Shown piece after piece: positions 20,232-29,697 of a DNA stretch of 44,447 bases (the first letter of the stretch is position 1; the number at the start of each line of letters is the position of its first letter). A model generated the notes under the pieces. It was not told where the DNA came from, ran no database searches, and saw only the letters and a list, made by a program, of their open reading frames with translations. The stretch covers positions 1 to 44,447 of the forward strand of contig CASFPX010000017.1 of the NCBI GenBank assembly GCA_949296915.1, read 5' to 3'. The position numbers were made by a program, and so were the translations under genes. Origin of the DNA: an uncultured Oscillospiraceae bacterium. GTDB lineage: Bacteria > Bacillota > Clostridia > Oscillospirales > Acutalibacteraceae.

Positions 20232-20705
20232 TTACTCTTTGTCTGTTTCCATTAGGCGCTGCTTTGCGCGGAAAAAGGTTACACGCGCCCAATTTTCGCT
20301 CTTTCCCTGCACTTCTCCGATCTCACGGAAGCTCAAATCCCCCGAGAGGCGTAATAGCACCGTTTCGCGCATGTTTTCCGGCAGTTTCAGAATGTTTTGG
20401 TAGAGGTGCTTGACCGATTCCCGCGCGACATAGTCATCCTCCGGTGTAAAAGCTGCATCCAAAAGATCCGCGGTCAGTTCAACGCTTTTTTCTCTCTTAT
20501 TCCTGTTCCATTGCCGGTACAGGCAGTGCCTGGCAATCTGGAACAGCCAGGACTTCATGCTACATTCCCCACGAAAGCGCCCAATGGATGAGATCGCACG
20601 GAAAAAGGTTTCCTGTGTCAGCTCTTCGGCCAGATCGGCGTCTCCACAGCGCGAAAAAAGGAAACGGTAAACATCCTGGACATACGCCTCATACAGCTGC
20701 TCCAT
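20232..20705 (-). CDS. ECF-type RNA polymerase sigma-70 factor
   Basis: Sigma-2 and sigma-4 regions (DLAEELTQETFFRA...; LSFREIGEV). Start chosen at ATG 20705 with a GGGGGGAGAGGGG RBS; the ORF track begins at a TTG at 20750. Confidence 0.85.
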   Translation of the reverse strand: MEQLYEAYVQDVYRFLFSRCGDADLAEELTQETFFRAISSIGRFRGECSMKSWLFQIARHCLYRQWNRNKREKSVELTADLLDAAFTPEDDYVARESVKHLYQNILKLPENMRETVLLRLSGDLSFREIGEVQGKSENWARVTFFRAKQRLMETDKE

Positions 20706-20783
20706 ATCCCCGGAACGGTCAAATACCCCTCTCCCCCCTTTGTATTTCAAGTTCCTAATGCGTTATATATACCCCTTAACCCC

Positions 20784-21593
20784 TCAGCCGATTTGCTCAA
20801 TCGGATTCCCATCCTGATCGAAGGGCATCGGAGCGCTGCTGATGTCAGAACGCCAATCCTCTGCTGGAATGACAAACAGATCCAATACGCTCCTGTTTCC
20901 GCTAGTATCCGATATACGGCACTGGTAGATAACCCCATCGTTTCCAAAACGATATCCTGCCATTTCTTCTGGCAAATCAATCCCATAAATCAGGATATAT
21001 GCGTTGCCTCCATAACCGTAATTGAGCGCGAGGATTTTGCCAGGATCAAATATCTGTATGCCACTGCTCCAATAGCGCGCCTTAAAGAGAGAATCACGAT
21101 CCATTTGCAGCAGGACTCCCTGTCCGCTTGGGGTACGAAATATGGCGACAACTTTTCCGGCCTTCTCATGGTGGCCAATATAAGTAAGTTCCCCGGGGCC
21201 ATAAATTTCACTATATTCCCGGCTGGCAATTTCGAACAAAAGCTCCTGATTATCCGCATAGCCAGCCTGAGTCGGATTTGCAACGTATCCCTCTGACGTA
21301 AACCATCGGATCGTCAACCCTGTTGCGGCAATGATTACAATAAGCAATAATACAATACACACAGCGATCGCAACCCGCTTGTGGGTGTATTTTTTTACTA
21401 TTTTTAAAAAGTCCGCTTCACCTTCCGCGTGCGGCTGCGGCAGAATAAGTTGATGCTTCATCTGTTCCAGTGCGGCGCTGCACGAGGTGCATTCTCTTAA
21501 ATGCGCCTCGACAATATGATTTGTCTCAGCGCTCGAAAGCTGATCCACATACCCCAGCAGCAGATCGCGGATAACGTTGCAATTCATAAACAT
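20784..21593 (-). CDS. Anti-sigma factor with zinc-finger (ZAS, HLRECTSC) N-domain, single TM, and extracytoplasmic domain
   Basis: H-x3-C-x2-C motif; hydrophobic segment VAIAVCIVLLLIVIIAATGLTI. Located immediately upstream of the ECF sigma gene. Confidence 0.7.
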   Translation of the reverse strand: MFMNCNVIRDLLLGYVDQLSSAETNHIVEAHLRECTSCSAALEQMKHQLILPQPHAEGEADFLKIVKKYTHKRVAIAVCIVLLLIVIIAATGLTIRWFTSEGYVANPTQAGYADNQELLFEIASREYSEIYGPGELTYIGHHEKAGKVVAIFRTPSGQGVLLQMDRDSLFKARYWSSGIQIFDPGKILALNYGYGGNAYILIYGIDLPEEMAGYRFGNDGVIYQCRISDTSGNRSVLDLFVIPAEDWRSDISSAPMPFDQDGNPIEQIG

Positions 21594-21654
21594 TCCCCCT
21601 AAACAACTACTTCATAATAGTAGTCCTGCAGCTGGCTAATTCGTTACAAATAAA

Positions 21655-21697
21655 ATCCAAAAATAAAACCCCGGAGTGAAATCAACCACCCCGGGGC
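21655..21697 (-). terminator. Minus-strand intrinsic terminator ~60 nt upstream of the anti-sigma start codon, with no minus-strand gene upstream of it
   Basis: Minus strand reads GCCCCGGGGTGGTTGATTTCACTCCGGGG followed by TTTTATTTTTGG. Confidence 0.5.
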
Positions 21698-22370
21698 ATT
21701 TACTCTTAATGAAATGACCTACACGATTGTCTTGACTTTCAAATCAAATCTATAACAATTAAATTCGAACGAAAAGATTTTCTGCAGTTGTACGCTCCAT
21801 ATCAACTACTTCCTGATACGGATCTACGTACCATTCCATCTATAGAAACAAATCAGCAGATATTTGCTTAACGTATATTCACTTTTTCATTTATTGACCG
21901 CTTGACGCATCCTGTTAAATTCTGCTGCCGCACGATCTATAAAACCAATAAATTGCTTCGATGCTCGGATAACATTTTGACGAATAATATTTTCGTCCTT
22001 TTAATCCGCTGCTAATTCTGATCGTGCCTTATTTAACTGAATGCGCGGTTACCAAACCCGGCTCATCAGAGTACATTGGAACCGCCCTCCTTTGTCAAAT
22101 TGCCCTGCGATGATACTACCATCGAAACGGGCTGATCCCGAAAAAACCATCTGTTGGATTTTTGGGGATCCATCTAAAAGGATTTCAAACTTTCAATCTG
22201 TTCGATTTCCTTTTTGCATCTATATTATACGCAACAGTATTGTAAAAGTCAACATATTTTTTCAACAAATAAAAGTATTTTTATTTGTATAATTTATATA
22301 AATAAATACAGTTGACGGATTTTGAAAACGATTGTATTATATATTTAAACATAAATAAGGAGTAACCTTT

Positions 22371-22676
22371 ATGGATCACAATCAGGAATATAACCCAGAC
22401 CTTGTTACCGTGATTGATGAAAACGGCACGGAGCATACTTTTGAGGAGCTGGATCGAATTGAAACGGATGAGGGGCGGTTCATTGCACTAATTCCCGCCT
22501 TTGATGAGAGCGAGGAGATCATTGACAGCGACGGAGAATTGATTATTCTTGAAGTATCGGAGGACGAGAACGGCGATACTATTCTCTCCCCTATCGAGGA
22601 TGATAACCTCTTTAATAAGATCGGTAAGATTTTCGAGGAGCGTCTAAGCGATTTGTACGAAATCGAGGAAGAATAA
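22371..22676 (+). CDS. DUF1292-family small acidic protein
   Basis: 101 aa, highly acidic, with a VIDENGTEHTFEELDRIE...FIALIP pattern. TTGACG-17-TATTAT promoter and AAGGAG RBS upstream. Confidence 0.7.
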   Translation: MDHNQEYNPDLVTVIDENGTEHTFEELDRIETDEGRFIALIPAFDESEEIIDSDGELIILEVSEDENGDTILSPIEDDNLFNKIGKIFEERLSDLYEIEEE

Positions 22677-22907
22677 TCTCCTTCCCTGCCCTGTGCGATC
22701 ATTGTAGCTTTTATAACCCAACACTCTTTGATTTTGGAAGCCTTTCTCCGTTCTCCGGTCTGCAGACCTCCCGGCAGCGCCTCTTTTAGTGGTTGCCGGA
22801 CGTTGGGAGCGTAAAAGAAACGGGCGGCATCCACCTGCTTTATTTTGCAGGTTATCATCAGCTACAAACCGGCCGGGCGGGGTTTTATCTGTTCAGTAGA
22901 AGGCAGT

Positions 22908-24512
22908 CTATCTCTTTGTTGAGATTGGCTGCTTCTTCTTTTTTCCAAAAATCAGGCTCATCCCCCATCGGATATCGTCTGTTGTAACACTGCGGAAGAC
23001 TACCAGAAGGGATAGATAGATCATTAGATAAATAACTATCCCCGGGATAGCGGCTATCCCACCGCTTTCATTCCACCCGTACAAAAAAATGGCGCATATT
23101 CCCGGGAGGATGGCAGAGAGAATTGGGAGGATCACCCAGTGACGAAAATCAAATTTGATCTGCACAACATGAAGCAGACGGTTTAAACTCAACGCTCCGT
23201 TTAAAATCTCGCTCAGAAAAATGGTCACTATGTACCCCGGAAGACCTGTGCGTGGCAGGACAAACCAGACCATCATCACACTTAAAAATGAATCAATGAT
23301 GTTGTACTTCATGGAGCTCATCTGTTCGTTTAAGCCTTTCAGCATACTATCTACGGCCGTATCAACATACATGATGGGGATCAACGGCGCAAAGAGACGT
23401 AGATAAAAGGGAATATTGGCATTGTTAGAGACAAAGGCGGCAATATCTCTTGAAAAGAAAAACATCGTTCCGGCCGCTCCTATAGAAAAAATGTATGCAA
23501 CCTGGAACATCCGGCACACCAAATAGTGGATGTGATGATTTTCACCGACGGGACCACCTCCAATTTTAGAATGTGTCTCCGTCAGTTCCGGAATAATCAA
23601 ACTACAAAACGCAGATAAAAACACGCTGGGGAACAGAACGGCCGGTAATACCACCCCGTGCACTGTACCAAAGACCGCATGTGCATTCTCTACCGTCATC
23701 CCGTTTTTACGCAGTCTATTGGGTACAAGAAGATTTTTCATTGTTAATAGACCCGAACGCAGATAGGAACTCAGTGCAATCGGCAGGCCGATGTGAAACA
23801 TTCGCCTGGTAAGTGTGTGATCCCGCTGAACGCAGGCACGAATGAACTTCCGGCAGTCAATCCGATAGAGTAAATAGGACCCTATACATATTAAAAATTC
23901 AGATATGACTGTTGCGCCAATCATGACCAGGCATATTCCTTCCAAATTATCTTGAAGGCTGACTGCTGTTAGTCCACATATGGTCAGCAGGATTTTAATG
24001 ACCTGCCCCGATATCTGCATGGCAGAGTTGGGAAGAATTCGACGTATTGCCGTAAAATATCCACTGAGCGCACAGGAAACCGCAGTGAACGGAAGGCTAA
24101 TCGCAGCCAATTTTAGCGGTCGGATCGTAATTGTCTCCTCAATCCAGCGGGCGCCGATAAACTCTCCTAATAGGAACAGCGCAATTCCCGCTGTCAGACC
24201 AAACCCGAGCGCATAGAGCACACACTTTTGAATGGCATCAGGCACACAGTCCGGCTTGTCAAGCCCGATTTCCTCAGCAGCTAGCCGGGTAGCTGTCAAA
24301 TTGATTCCGGAGGTTGCAAAAGTAATAAAGAGGGAATATACGGATAGGATCAATTGAAATACACCCATCGCCGCAACTCCGATTCTATTCGAAATAAAAA
24401 GATTGAACCAGACGCCAACCGCACTGATAGCCAGCGAGGTAGCAGTCATGATTATGGCATTCATTAAAAATCTGCTGGCATTATTCATGCTTATCTTCCT
24501 CTTTCTCATCAC
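22908..24512 (-). CDS. Stage V sporulation protein B-like MOP-superfamily flippase
   Basis: 534 aa with roughly 14 TM segments. N-terminal pattern RIGVAAMGVFQLILSVYSLFITFATSGINLTATRLAAEE matches SpoVB/polysaccharide-biosynthesis proteins. Confidence 0.65.
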   Translation of the reverse strand: MMRKRKISMNNASRFLMNAIIMTATSLAISAVGVWFNLFISNRIGVAAMGVFQLILSVYSLFITFATSGINLTATRLAAEEIGLDKPDCVPDAIQKCVLYALGFGLTAGIALFLLGEFIGARWIEETITIRPLKLAAISLPFTAVSCALSGYFTAIRRILPNSAMQISGQVIKILLTICGLTAVSLQDNLEGICLVMIGATVISEFLICIGSYLLYRIDCRKFIRACVQRDHTLTRRMFHIGLPIALSSYLRSGLLTMKNLLVPNRLRKNGMTVENAHAVFGTVHGVVLPAVLFPSVFLSAFCSLIIPELTETHSKIGGGPVGENHHIHYLVCRMFQVAYIFSIGAAGTMFFFSRDIAAFVSNNANIPFYLRLFAPLIPIMYVDTAVDSMLKGLNEQMSSMKYNIIDSFLSVMMVWFVLPRTGLPGYIVTIFLSEILNGALSLNRLLHVVQIKFDFRHWVILPILSAILPGICAIFLYGWNESGGIAAIPGIVIYLMIYLSLLVVFRSVTTDDIRWGMSLIFGKKKKQPISTKR

Positions 24513-24659
24513 ATTGCCATGCGGCCCCTACTGACTAATATGAAAGAGAAAAGAAAATAATGATTCGGGAGTCTAACGTAAAATCCGGGTTAAAACCTTG
24601 TCATCCCCGGCAACATGATATATAATTGAATCGTAGAAATTTGCAGGAGGTTAAAAACG

Positions 24660-25484
24660 ATGAACCTGGAACAGGCAATCGAAAACATTCGCGCAAAGGA
24701 TGGATTCCTGTGTGATATGGATGGTGTGATTTATCACGGCAATCATCTGATTGATGGGGTGGCAGACTTTGTCAACTGGCTTTACCGGGAAAACAAGCGC
24801 TTTTTGTTTTTGACCAATTCAAGTGAGCGCTCTCCAGCTGAACTCAAGCAAAAGTTGCAGCGTTTAGGATTGGATATTGACGAAAGCCACTTTTACACCA
24901 GTGCGCTTGCCACAGCAAAATTTTTAAAGGATCAGTCCCCGGGATGCAGTGCCTATGTTATCGGTGAACCTGGGCTTGTCAATGCGCTATATGAGGTTGG
25001 CATCACGATGAACGATGTCAATCCAGACTATGTGGTGGTTGGCGAGACTCACAACTACAACTATGACTCGATCATCAACGCCGTCAAATTTGTCAACAAG
25101 GGCGCAAAGCTGATTGGCACCAATACGGATTTGACGGGTCCCTCCGATTATGGCATTATTCCTGCCTGCCGTGCTTTTATTGCCCCGATCGAGCTTGCAA
25201 CGGGAAGTAAGGCCTACTTTGTGGGGAAGCCCAATCCTCTAATGATGCGCACCGGTATTAAAAAGCTTGGCGTGCACAGCGCAAATGCCGCCATGATCGG
25301 AGATCGAATGGACACGGACATTGTTGCAGGAATGGAGAGTGGCATGGATACCGTGCTCGTACTATCTGGCGTCTCCAACGAGCGCACGATTTTGAATTTC
25401 CCCTACCGGCCCAAATATATTTTGGAGGGTGTCGGATGTATTGCCAACGGTGCAGACTTTCATTGTGTTCCTCCACAAGTTTAA
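24660..25484 (+). CDS. HAD-superfamily subfamily IIA hydrolase (NagD/YutF-like)
   Basis: FLCDMDGVIY motif I, FLTNSS motif II, and GDRMDTDI motif IV. Confidence 0.85.
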   Translation: MNLEQAIENIRAKDGFLCDMDGVIYHGNHLIDGVADFVNWLYRENKRFLFLTNSSERSPAELKQKLQRLGLDIDESHFYTSALATAKFLKDQSPGCSAYVIGEPGLVNALYEVGITMNDVNPDYVVVGETHNYNYDSIINAVKFVNKGAKLIGTNTDLTGPSDYGIIPACRAFIAPIELATGSKAYFVGKPNPLMMRTGIKKLGVHSANAAMIGDRMDTDIVAGMESGMDTVLVLSGVSNERTILNFPYRPKYILEGVGCIANGADFHCVPPQV

Positions 25485-25597
25485 CTATTTTTAATAGTAA
25501 TCAACACCGCGCCCAAAGGACGTGGTATAAAGGATAAGCCCTATAAGGGCATAATACCAGCAATGCCAACCGCACTTTGGCGTTTCTTTCTTGTACG

Positions 25598-25637
25598 AAT
25601 AAATATCCCCCGGCTTCTTCGGGGGATATTTATTATT
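25598..25637. terminator. Bidirectional intrinsic terminator (extended palindrome AAATATCCCCCGG...CCGGGGGATATTT)
   Basis: Read directly from the sequence between the convergent HAD-IIA and spoIIR genes. Confidence 0.7.
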
Positions 25638-25647
25638 GCCATATTAT

Positions 25648-26265
25648 TTACTCGAACCGTTCTTTCAACTGGTTGATCCATTCCACGATCTTAAAGCGTG
25701 GCTCGTATTCCGGGGATGACTCAACAACCTTCACCTCTTCACCACTCAAAACAGCATCAATGTCCGCGCGATTCTCTGCGGCGGGCAGGCACAGAGGTGG
25801 GAACATGACGCACCACCAGTTCTGCCCCTCTCCCGAACCGATCACGACCTTAACCGCGTGATAAATCCCCGCCGGCAATGTAACGTTGCCGTCATAAGTG
25901 CGGGTATTAAAATACTCCTGAGAAACTGAAACCTGTACCGGATAGTCGAATCCCTCCGCTGCAATTGTCTCCTGTGCCACACGAGTTAGTTCGGCAATCC
26001 GTGGCCGTATTTTAGTTTCCGCCTCCTGAGCCGTCACAGATCCATCAAACACATCTGCTCCAGCCTGCAAAACAGCGTCGCGCACCTTCAATTTAAGCGC
26101 CTGATCCTCTTCGCTGTCCGAATTGGCAATCACATGCATTCGCAGCACGCTCTCGTTGATCACCTCGCAGCTGCGCGCAAAAGCTGTCATGCTGAATGCT
26201 GTGGAAATAATAAACGCGCACAGAACGGAAATTTCCAGCATTTTAATACAATTCCTATGTTTCAT
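25648..26265 (-). CDS. spoIIR: Stage II sporulation protein R
   Basis: Signal peptide; LRMHVIANSDS...DQALKLKVRD...NWWCVMFPPLC signature. Confidence 0.85.
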   Translation of the reverse strand: MKHRNCIKMLEISVLCAFIISTAFSMTAFARSCEVINESVLRMHVIANSDSEEDQALKLKVRDAVLQAGADVFDGSVTAQEAETKIRPRIAELTRVAQETIAAEGFDYPVQVSVSQEYFNTRTYDGNVTLPAGIYHAVKVVIGSGEGQNWWCVMFPPLCLPAAENRADIDAVLSGEEVKVVESSPEYEPRFKIVEWINQLKERFE

Positions 26266-26324
26266 AATTAAAAAAACCGACCTTTCATGTATGTTGACAT
26301 GATTTTGGCCGGTTTTTTATCCAT

Positions 26325-27203
26325 TTATTCACTTTTTAAAACTTTACATCCCACTTTTACCGGGTGACAAACAAAAACATGTGGAACAATTGTTTTCAGT
26401 CGTATAGCACATTGCTCCCCTCTCTTGTGACTGTCAAATATACCAAAGACAGTGGGGCCGCTTCCGCTCATACAGGAACCAATGGCTCCACCCTCGCGAA
26501 GCGTTGACTTTAACTCAACCCGTTTGGGCGTATCAATCAGCTGCTCAAAAGAATTCCCAAGCTTACGGGCGATCATATACAGATCTCCGCCCTTAATCGC
26601 CGCGAGCATCCCCTGTTCATCCTGCCTGCGGCAGGAACCCGCGGCATCATATTGCGCATAGGCTTGAGCGGTAGAGACACCAGCCTCAGGCTTTGCCAGG
26701 ACAAATGTGCAATCCGGAATATCTTCAATCGGCGTAAGAATATCCCCTATCCCCTGGGCAATCATAGTGCCGCCCATAATGCAAAAGGGGACATCAGCCC
26801 CTACCTGAACCCCAATCGCGCACATATCACGCTCGCGCAATTCCGTGCGATAAATCTGATCCAGGCCTCGGATCACAGCCGCAGCGTCTGCACTGCCCCC
26901 TGCAAGTCCCGCCTCATGGGGAATGTGCTTGTCAATATGGATCCTAATTCCGGCGTTCTCAATCCCCGTGAAACGGAAAAATTGTTTGGCAGCCTTATAA
27001 GCTGTATTCCGTCCGTCACATGGGATGCTCCGCTCCGAACAGGTCAGCACGATATCCCCCTTATTCGTCTGTTCTATCGTCACCCGGTCAAATAAGCTGA
27101 CCGACTGCATGATCATATATAAATCATGGTATCCGTTCTCAAACCGCCCTCGGATATCTAACAGCAGATTAATTTTGGCCGCAGCCTCAACTGTCACGTG
27201 CAT
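26325..27203 (-). CDS. ispE: 4-diphosphocytidyl-2-C-methyl-D-erythritol kinase
   Basis: GHMP-kinase motif PHEAGLAGGSADAAAVIRGL. Start at ATG 27203 (MHVTVEAAAKINL) after an AAGGAG RBS; the ORF-track extension to 27380 overlaps the aminotransferase gene. Confidence 0.85.
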   Translation of the reverse strand: MHVTVEAAAKINLLLDIRGRFENGYHDLYMIMQSVSLFDRVTIEQTNKGDIVLTCSERSIPCDGRNTAYKAAKQFFRFTGIENAGIRIHIDKHIPHEAGLAGGSADAAAVIRGLDQIYRTELRERDMCAIGVQVGADVPFCIMGGTMIAQGIGDILTPIEDIPDCTFVLAKPEAGVSTAQAYAQYDAAGSCRRQDEQGMLAAIKGGDLYMIARKLGNSFEQLIDTPKRVELKSTLREGGAIGSCMSGSGPTVFGIFDSHKRGEQCAIRLKTIVPHVFVCHPVKVGCKVLKSE

Positions 27204-27217
27204 TCCATTCTCCTTAA

Positions 27218-28390
27218 TTATGCTCTGATTTCCTTTAAGAACTCGGAGATCCGCGCCACAGCAGTCTCCAAGTCCTCCTGCGAACTGCAATATGACACTC
27301 GAATAAACCCTTCTCCGCTCGCGCCAAAAGCTGTCCCAGGAATAACAGCAACATGCTTTCGCGCAATCAACTGATCGCAAAATTCATCCGAGGAAAGGCC
27401 GGTCGACTGAATCGATGGGAAGCAATAAAATGCCCCGCGCGGTTCAAAGCAGTTCAAACCGAGCTCGTTAAACGCATCGACAATATAACGCCTGCGTTTG
27501 TCATATGCCGCACGCATATAGGCGATATCCGGATCGCCCGTTCGAAGCGCCTCCATTGCCGCATACTGGGCGGTCGTCGGTGCACTCATGATCCCGTATT
27601 GGTGTAGTTTTGTCATCTCCTTAATGATTGGGAGCGGTGCAATCGCATATCCCAGCCGCCAGCCGGTCATGGCATATGCTTTTGAAAAACCGTTGACAAT
27701 GATGGTCCGCTCCTTCATTCCGGGGAGGGAGGCGATCGAACAGTGCTGCCTGTTGCCGTAGGTCAGCGAGGAATAGATCTCATCGCTGATGACAAGAAGG
27801 TCATTTTCTATAATAATGTCGACTAATTTTTCGTAATCCTCCCGCTCCATAATTCCACCCGTTGGATTGTTCGGATACGCAAGCACCAACAGTTTGGAAT
27901 GAGGTGTTATCTTGCTCTTTAAAAGTTCCGGGGTCAGCTTGAACTCGTCCTCAACACGGGTTTGAAGCGAAATAACATTCCCGCCCCGCATCATCGTAAG
28001 CGGTGCATAACACACAAAGGATGGCTCCGGAATCAGCACCTCGTCCCCCGGCTCCACCAGGATACGCAGGGCCAGATCCAGCGCTTCGGAGCCGCCGACC
28101 GTTACCAGCGTCTCATTGGCGGTTGCCGGTACATGATAATGCGTGTTGTAGTACTCCGCAATACATTCGCGCAGTTCTGTGATTCCCTTATTGGCTGTAT
28201 ATTTTGTCTGGCCCTGCCTCAGGGATTCAATGCCCACATTACGGATATGCTCCGGCGTCGTAAAATCCGGCTCGCCGATGCTCAGCGAAATCACATCCTC
28301 CATCTCAGCGGAAATATCAAAATACTTTCGGATTCCAGATGGTTTCACCTTACGGATAGAACTGTTTAGCTTGCTCTCGTAATCGACCAT
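27218..28390 (-). CDS. Pyridoxal-phosphate-dependent aminotransferase, class I/II (aspartate/aromatic aminotransferase-like)
   Basis: SKAYAMTGWRLGYA PLP-lysine region; ~390 aa fold-type I. Confidence 0.85.
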   Translation of the reverse strand: MVDYESKLNSSIRKVKPSGIRKYFDISAEMEDVISLSIGEPDFTTPEHIRNVGIESLRQGQTKYTANKGITELRECIAEYYNTHYHVPATANETLVTVGGSEALDLALRILVEPGDEVLIPEPSFVCYAPLTMMRGGNVISLQTRVEDEFKLTPELLKSKITPHSKLLVLAYPNNPTGGIMEREDYEKLVDIIIENDLLVISDEIYSSLTYGNRQHCSIASLPGMKERTIIVNGFSKAYAMTGWRLGYAIAPLPIIKEMTKLHQYGIMSAPTTAQYAAMEALRTGDPDIAYMRAAYDKRRRYIVDAFNELGLNCFEPRGAFYCFPSIQSTGLSSDEFCDQLIARKHVAVIPGTAFGASGEGFIRVSYCSSQEDLETAVARISEFLKEIRA

Positions 28391-28426
28391 TTTCTCTCGC
28401 CTCTCTAAATCTTAAAAATTAAATAT

Positions 28427-29215
28427 CTATTCAATCGGAATCTGCACTGGTGTGCGATTCTGAAAGAAAGTTACATTTTGGAATCCGCACTGGCGGGCGA
28501 TCTCCATCCCACGGCTGATCCCGGCGCCAATGTCATTGGCGTTGTGCGCATCGGATCCAACAGTAATATACATCCCCCCCAACTCTTTAAAGAGTTGAAC
28601 CATATCTACATCCGGCAGGGTTTTTCCAATCGGCTGCCTCAGGCCAGAGGTGTTGATTTCCAGTGCCTTTTCTTGGGCGGCCAATTTTTTTAAAATCCGT
28701 CTGATTTGCTCGGCATAATCGTCCAGATTTACCTTAAGCCCATGTTCGCCAACCATATAGCGTAGCGGATAGGTCAGATGCGCCAAGGTGTCAAATTTGC
28801 CCCAATCCACCAGATTTTCAATCTCCATAAAGTACTCGGTCAGCAACGGTTTTACATCCGCCTGCGTGCACGGCAGTGTCCAAAAATCTTCCTTACCACG
28901 CAGATTGTGAATAGATCCGATCACAATATCATAATTGTGCAGACCAATAATTTTTTCAGCTAATTCAATATTATACGGCGCCTGCCCAAGCTCGATCCCC
29001 TCAAGCACCAAAAGTTTTCCACTATATACATTCCGTGCCTTAGCCACCTCAAAATAGGCCTGTACCGTCGATTTGTCATAATGGTCCCGATAATAGGCGT
29101 CCACTTCGCAGTGATCCGTAAAGGCGACAGCACGAAGTCCCTTCATCTCCGCCTGCTCACACATATACATTGTGGAATGTGTGCCATCCGGCGAGTTATC
29201 GGTATGCGTATGCAT
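28427..29215 (-). CDS. PHP-domain histidinol-phosphatase family protein (HisJ/HisK-like)
   Basis: N-terminal MHTHTDNSPDG metal-binding motif plus further His/Asp ligands. Confidence 0.7.
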   Translation of the reverse strand: MHTHTDNSPDGTHSTMYMCEQAEMKGLRAVAFTDHCEVDAYYRDHYDKSTVQAYFEVAKARNVYSGKLLVLEGIELGQAPYNIELAEKIIGLHNYDIVIGSIHNLRGKEDFWTLPCTQADVKPLLTEYFMEIENLVDWGKFDTLAHLTYPLRYMVGEHGLKVNLDDYAEQIRRILKKLAAQEKALEINTSGLRQPIGKTLPDVDMVQLFKELGGMYITVGSDAHNANDIGAGISRGMEIARQCGFQNVTFFQNRTPVQIPIE

Positions 29216-29399
29216 GTCAACTTCCCTTAAAAATCCCATCGTAAACCTCCTGATCGGAAAATAACATATTATACATATTGTACCACAAACTGCCTCCAGA
29301 GCAAAGAGCTTTATGATAAATCGCTATGTAAATTTTTATTGAGATGTGATAGAATAGATAGCGGTATTTTATGTACATAAGAATCGGAGGTTAATTATT

Positions 29400-29675
29400 A
29401 TGCGCAGTGTCATCACAGTCGTGGGTCGGGATGTCGTCGGTATCCTCGCATCTGTCTCGGGGCTATGCGCCCGGCATCAGGTGAATGTAATTGAGGTTTC
29501 CCAGTCGATCCTTCAGGATATGTTTTGCATGATCATGCTCACAGATGTTAGCAAGTGTGACATCCCATTTACTCAGTTTGCCGAAGCGATGGAGCAGCTC
29601 GGCAGCCAGCATGACCCCAAACTCAAAATTCACGTAATGCATGAGGATATTTTTAACTCCATGCACAGGATATAA
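29400..29675 (+). CDS. ACT-domain protein (UPF0237 family)
   Basis: 91 aa; [21 protein letters not shown] fold. Conserved partner of the UPF0210 gene that follows. Confidence 0.8.
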   Translation: MRSVITVVGRDVVGILASVSGLCARHQVNVIEVSQSILQDMFCMIMLTDVSKCDIPFTQFAEAMEQLGSQHDPKLKIHVMHEDIFNSMHRI

Positions 29676-29697
29676 TGACGGAGGCGCGCCACCAGCT

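Noticed and set aside
26325-27380. N-terminal 59-aa extension of ispE overlapping the aminotransferase gene
   Set aside because: The Cys/Trp-rich extension has no homology logic. A strong AAGGAG RBS precedes the internal ATG at 27203, which gives a canonical ~290-aa IspE.
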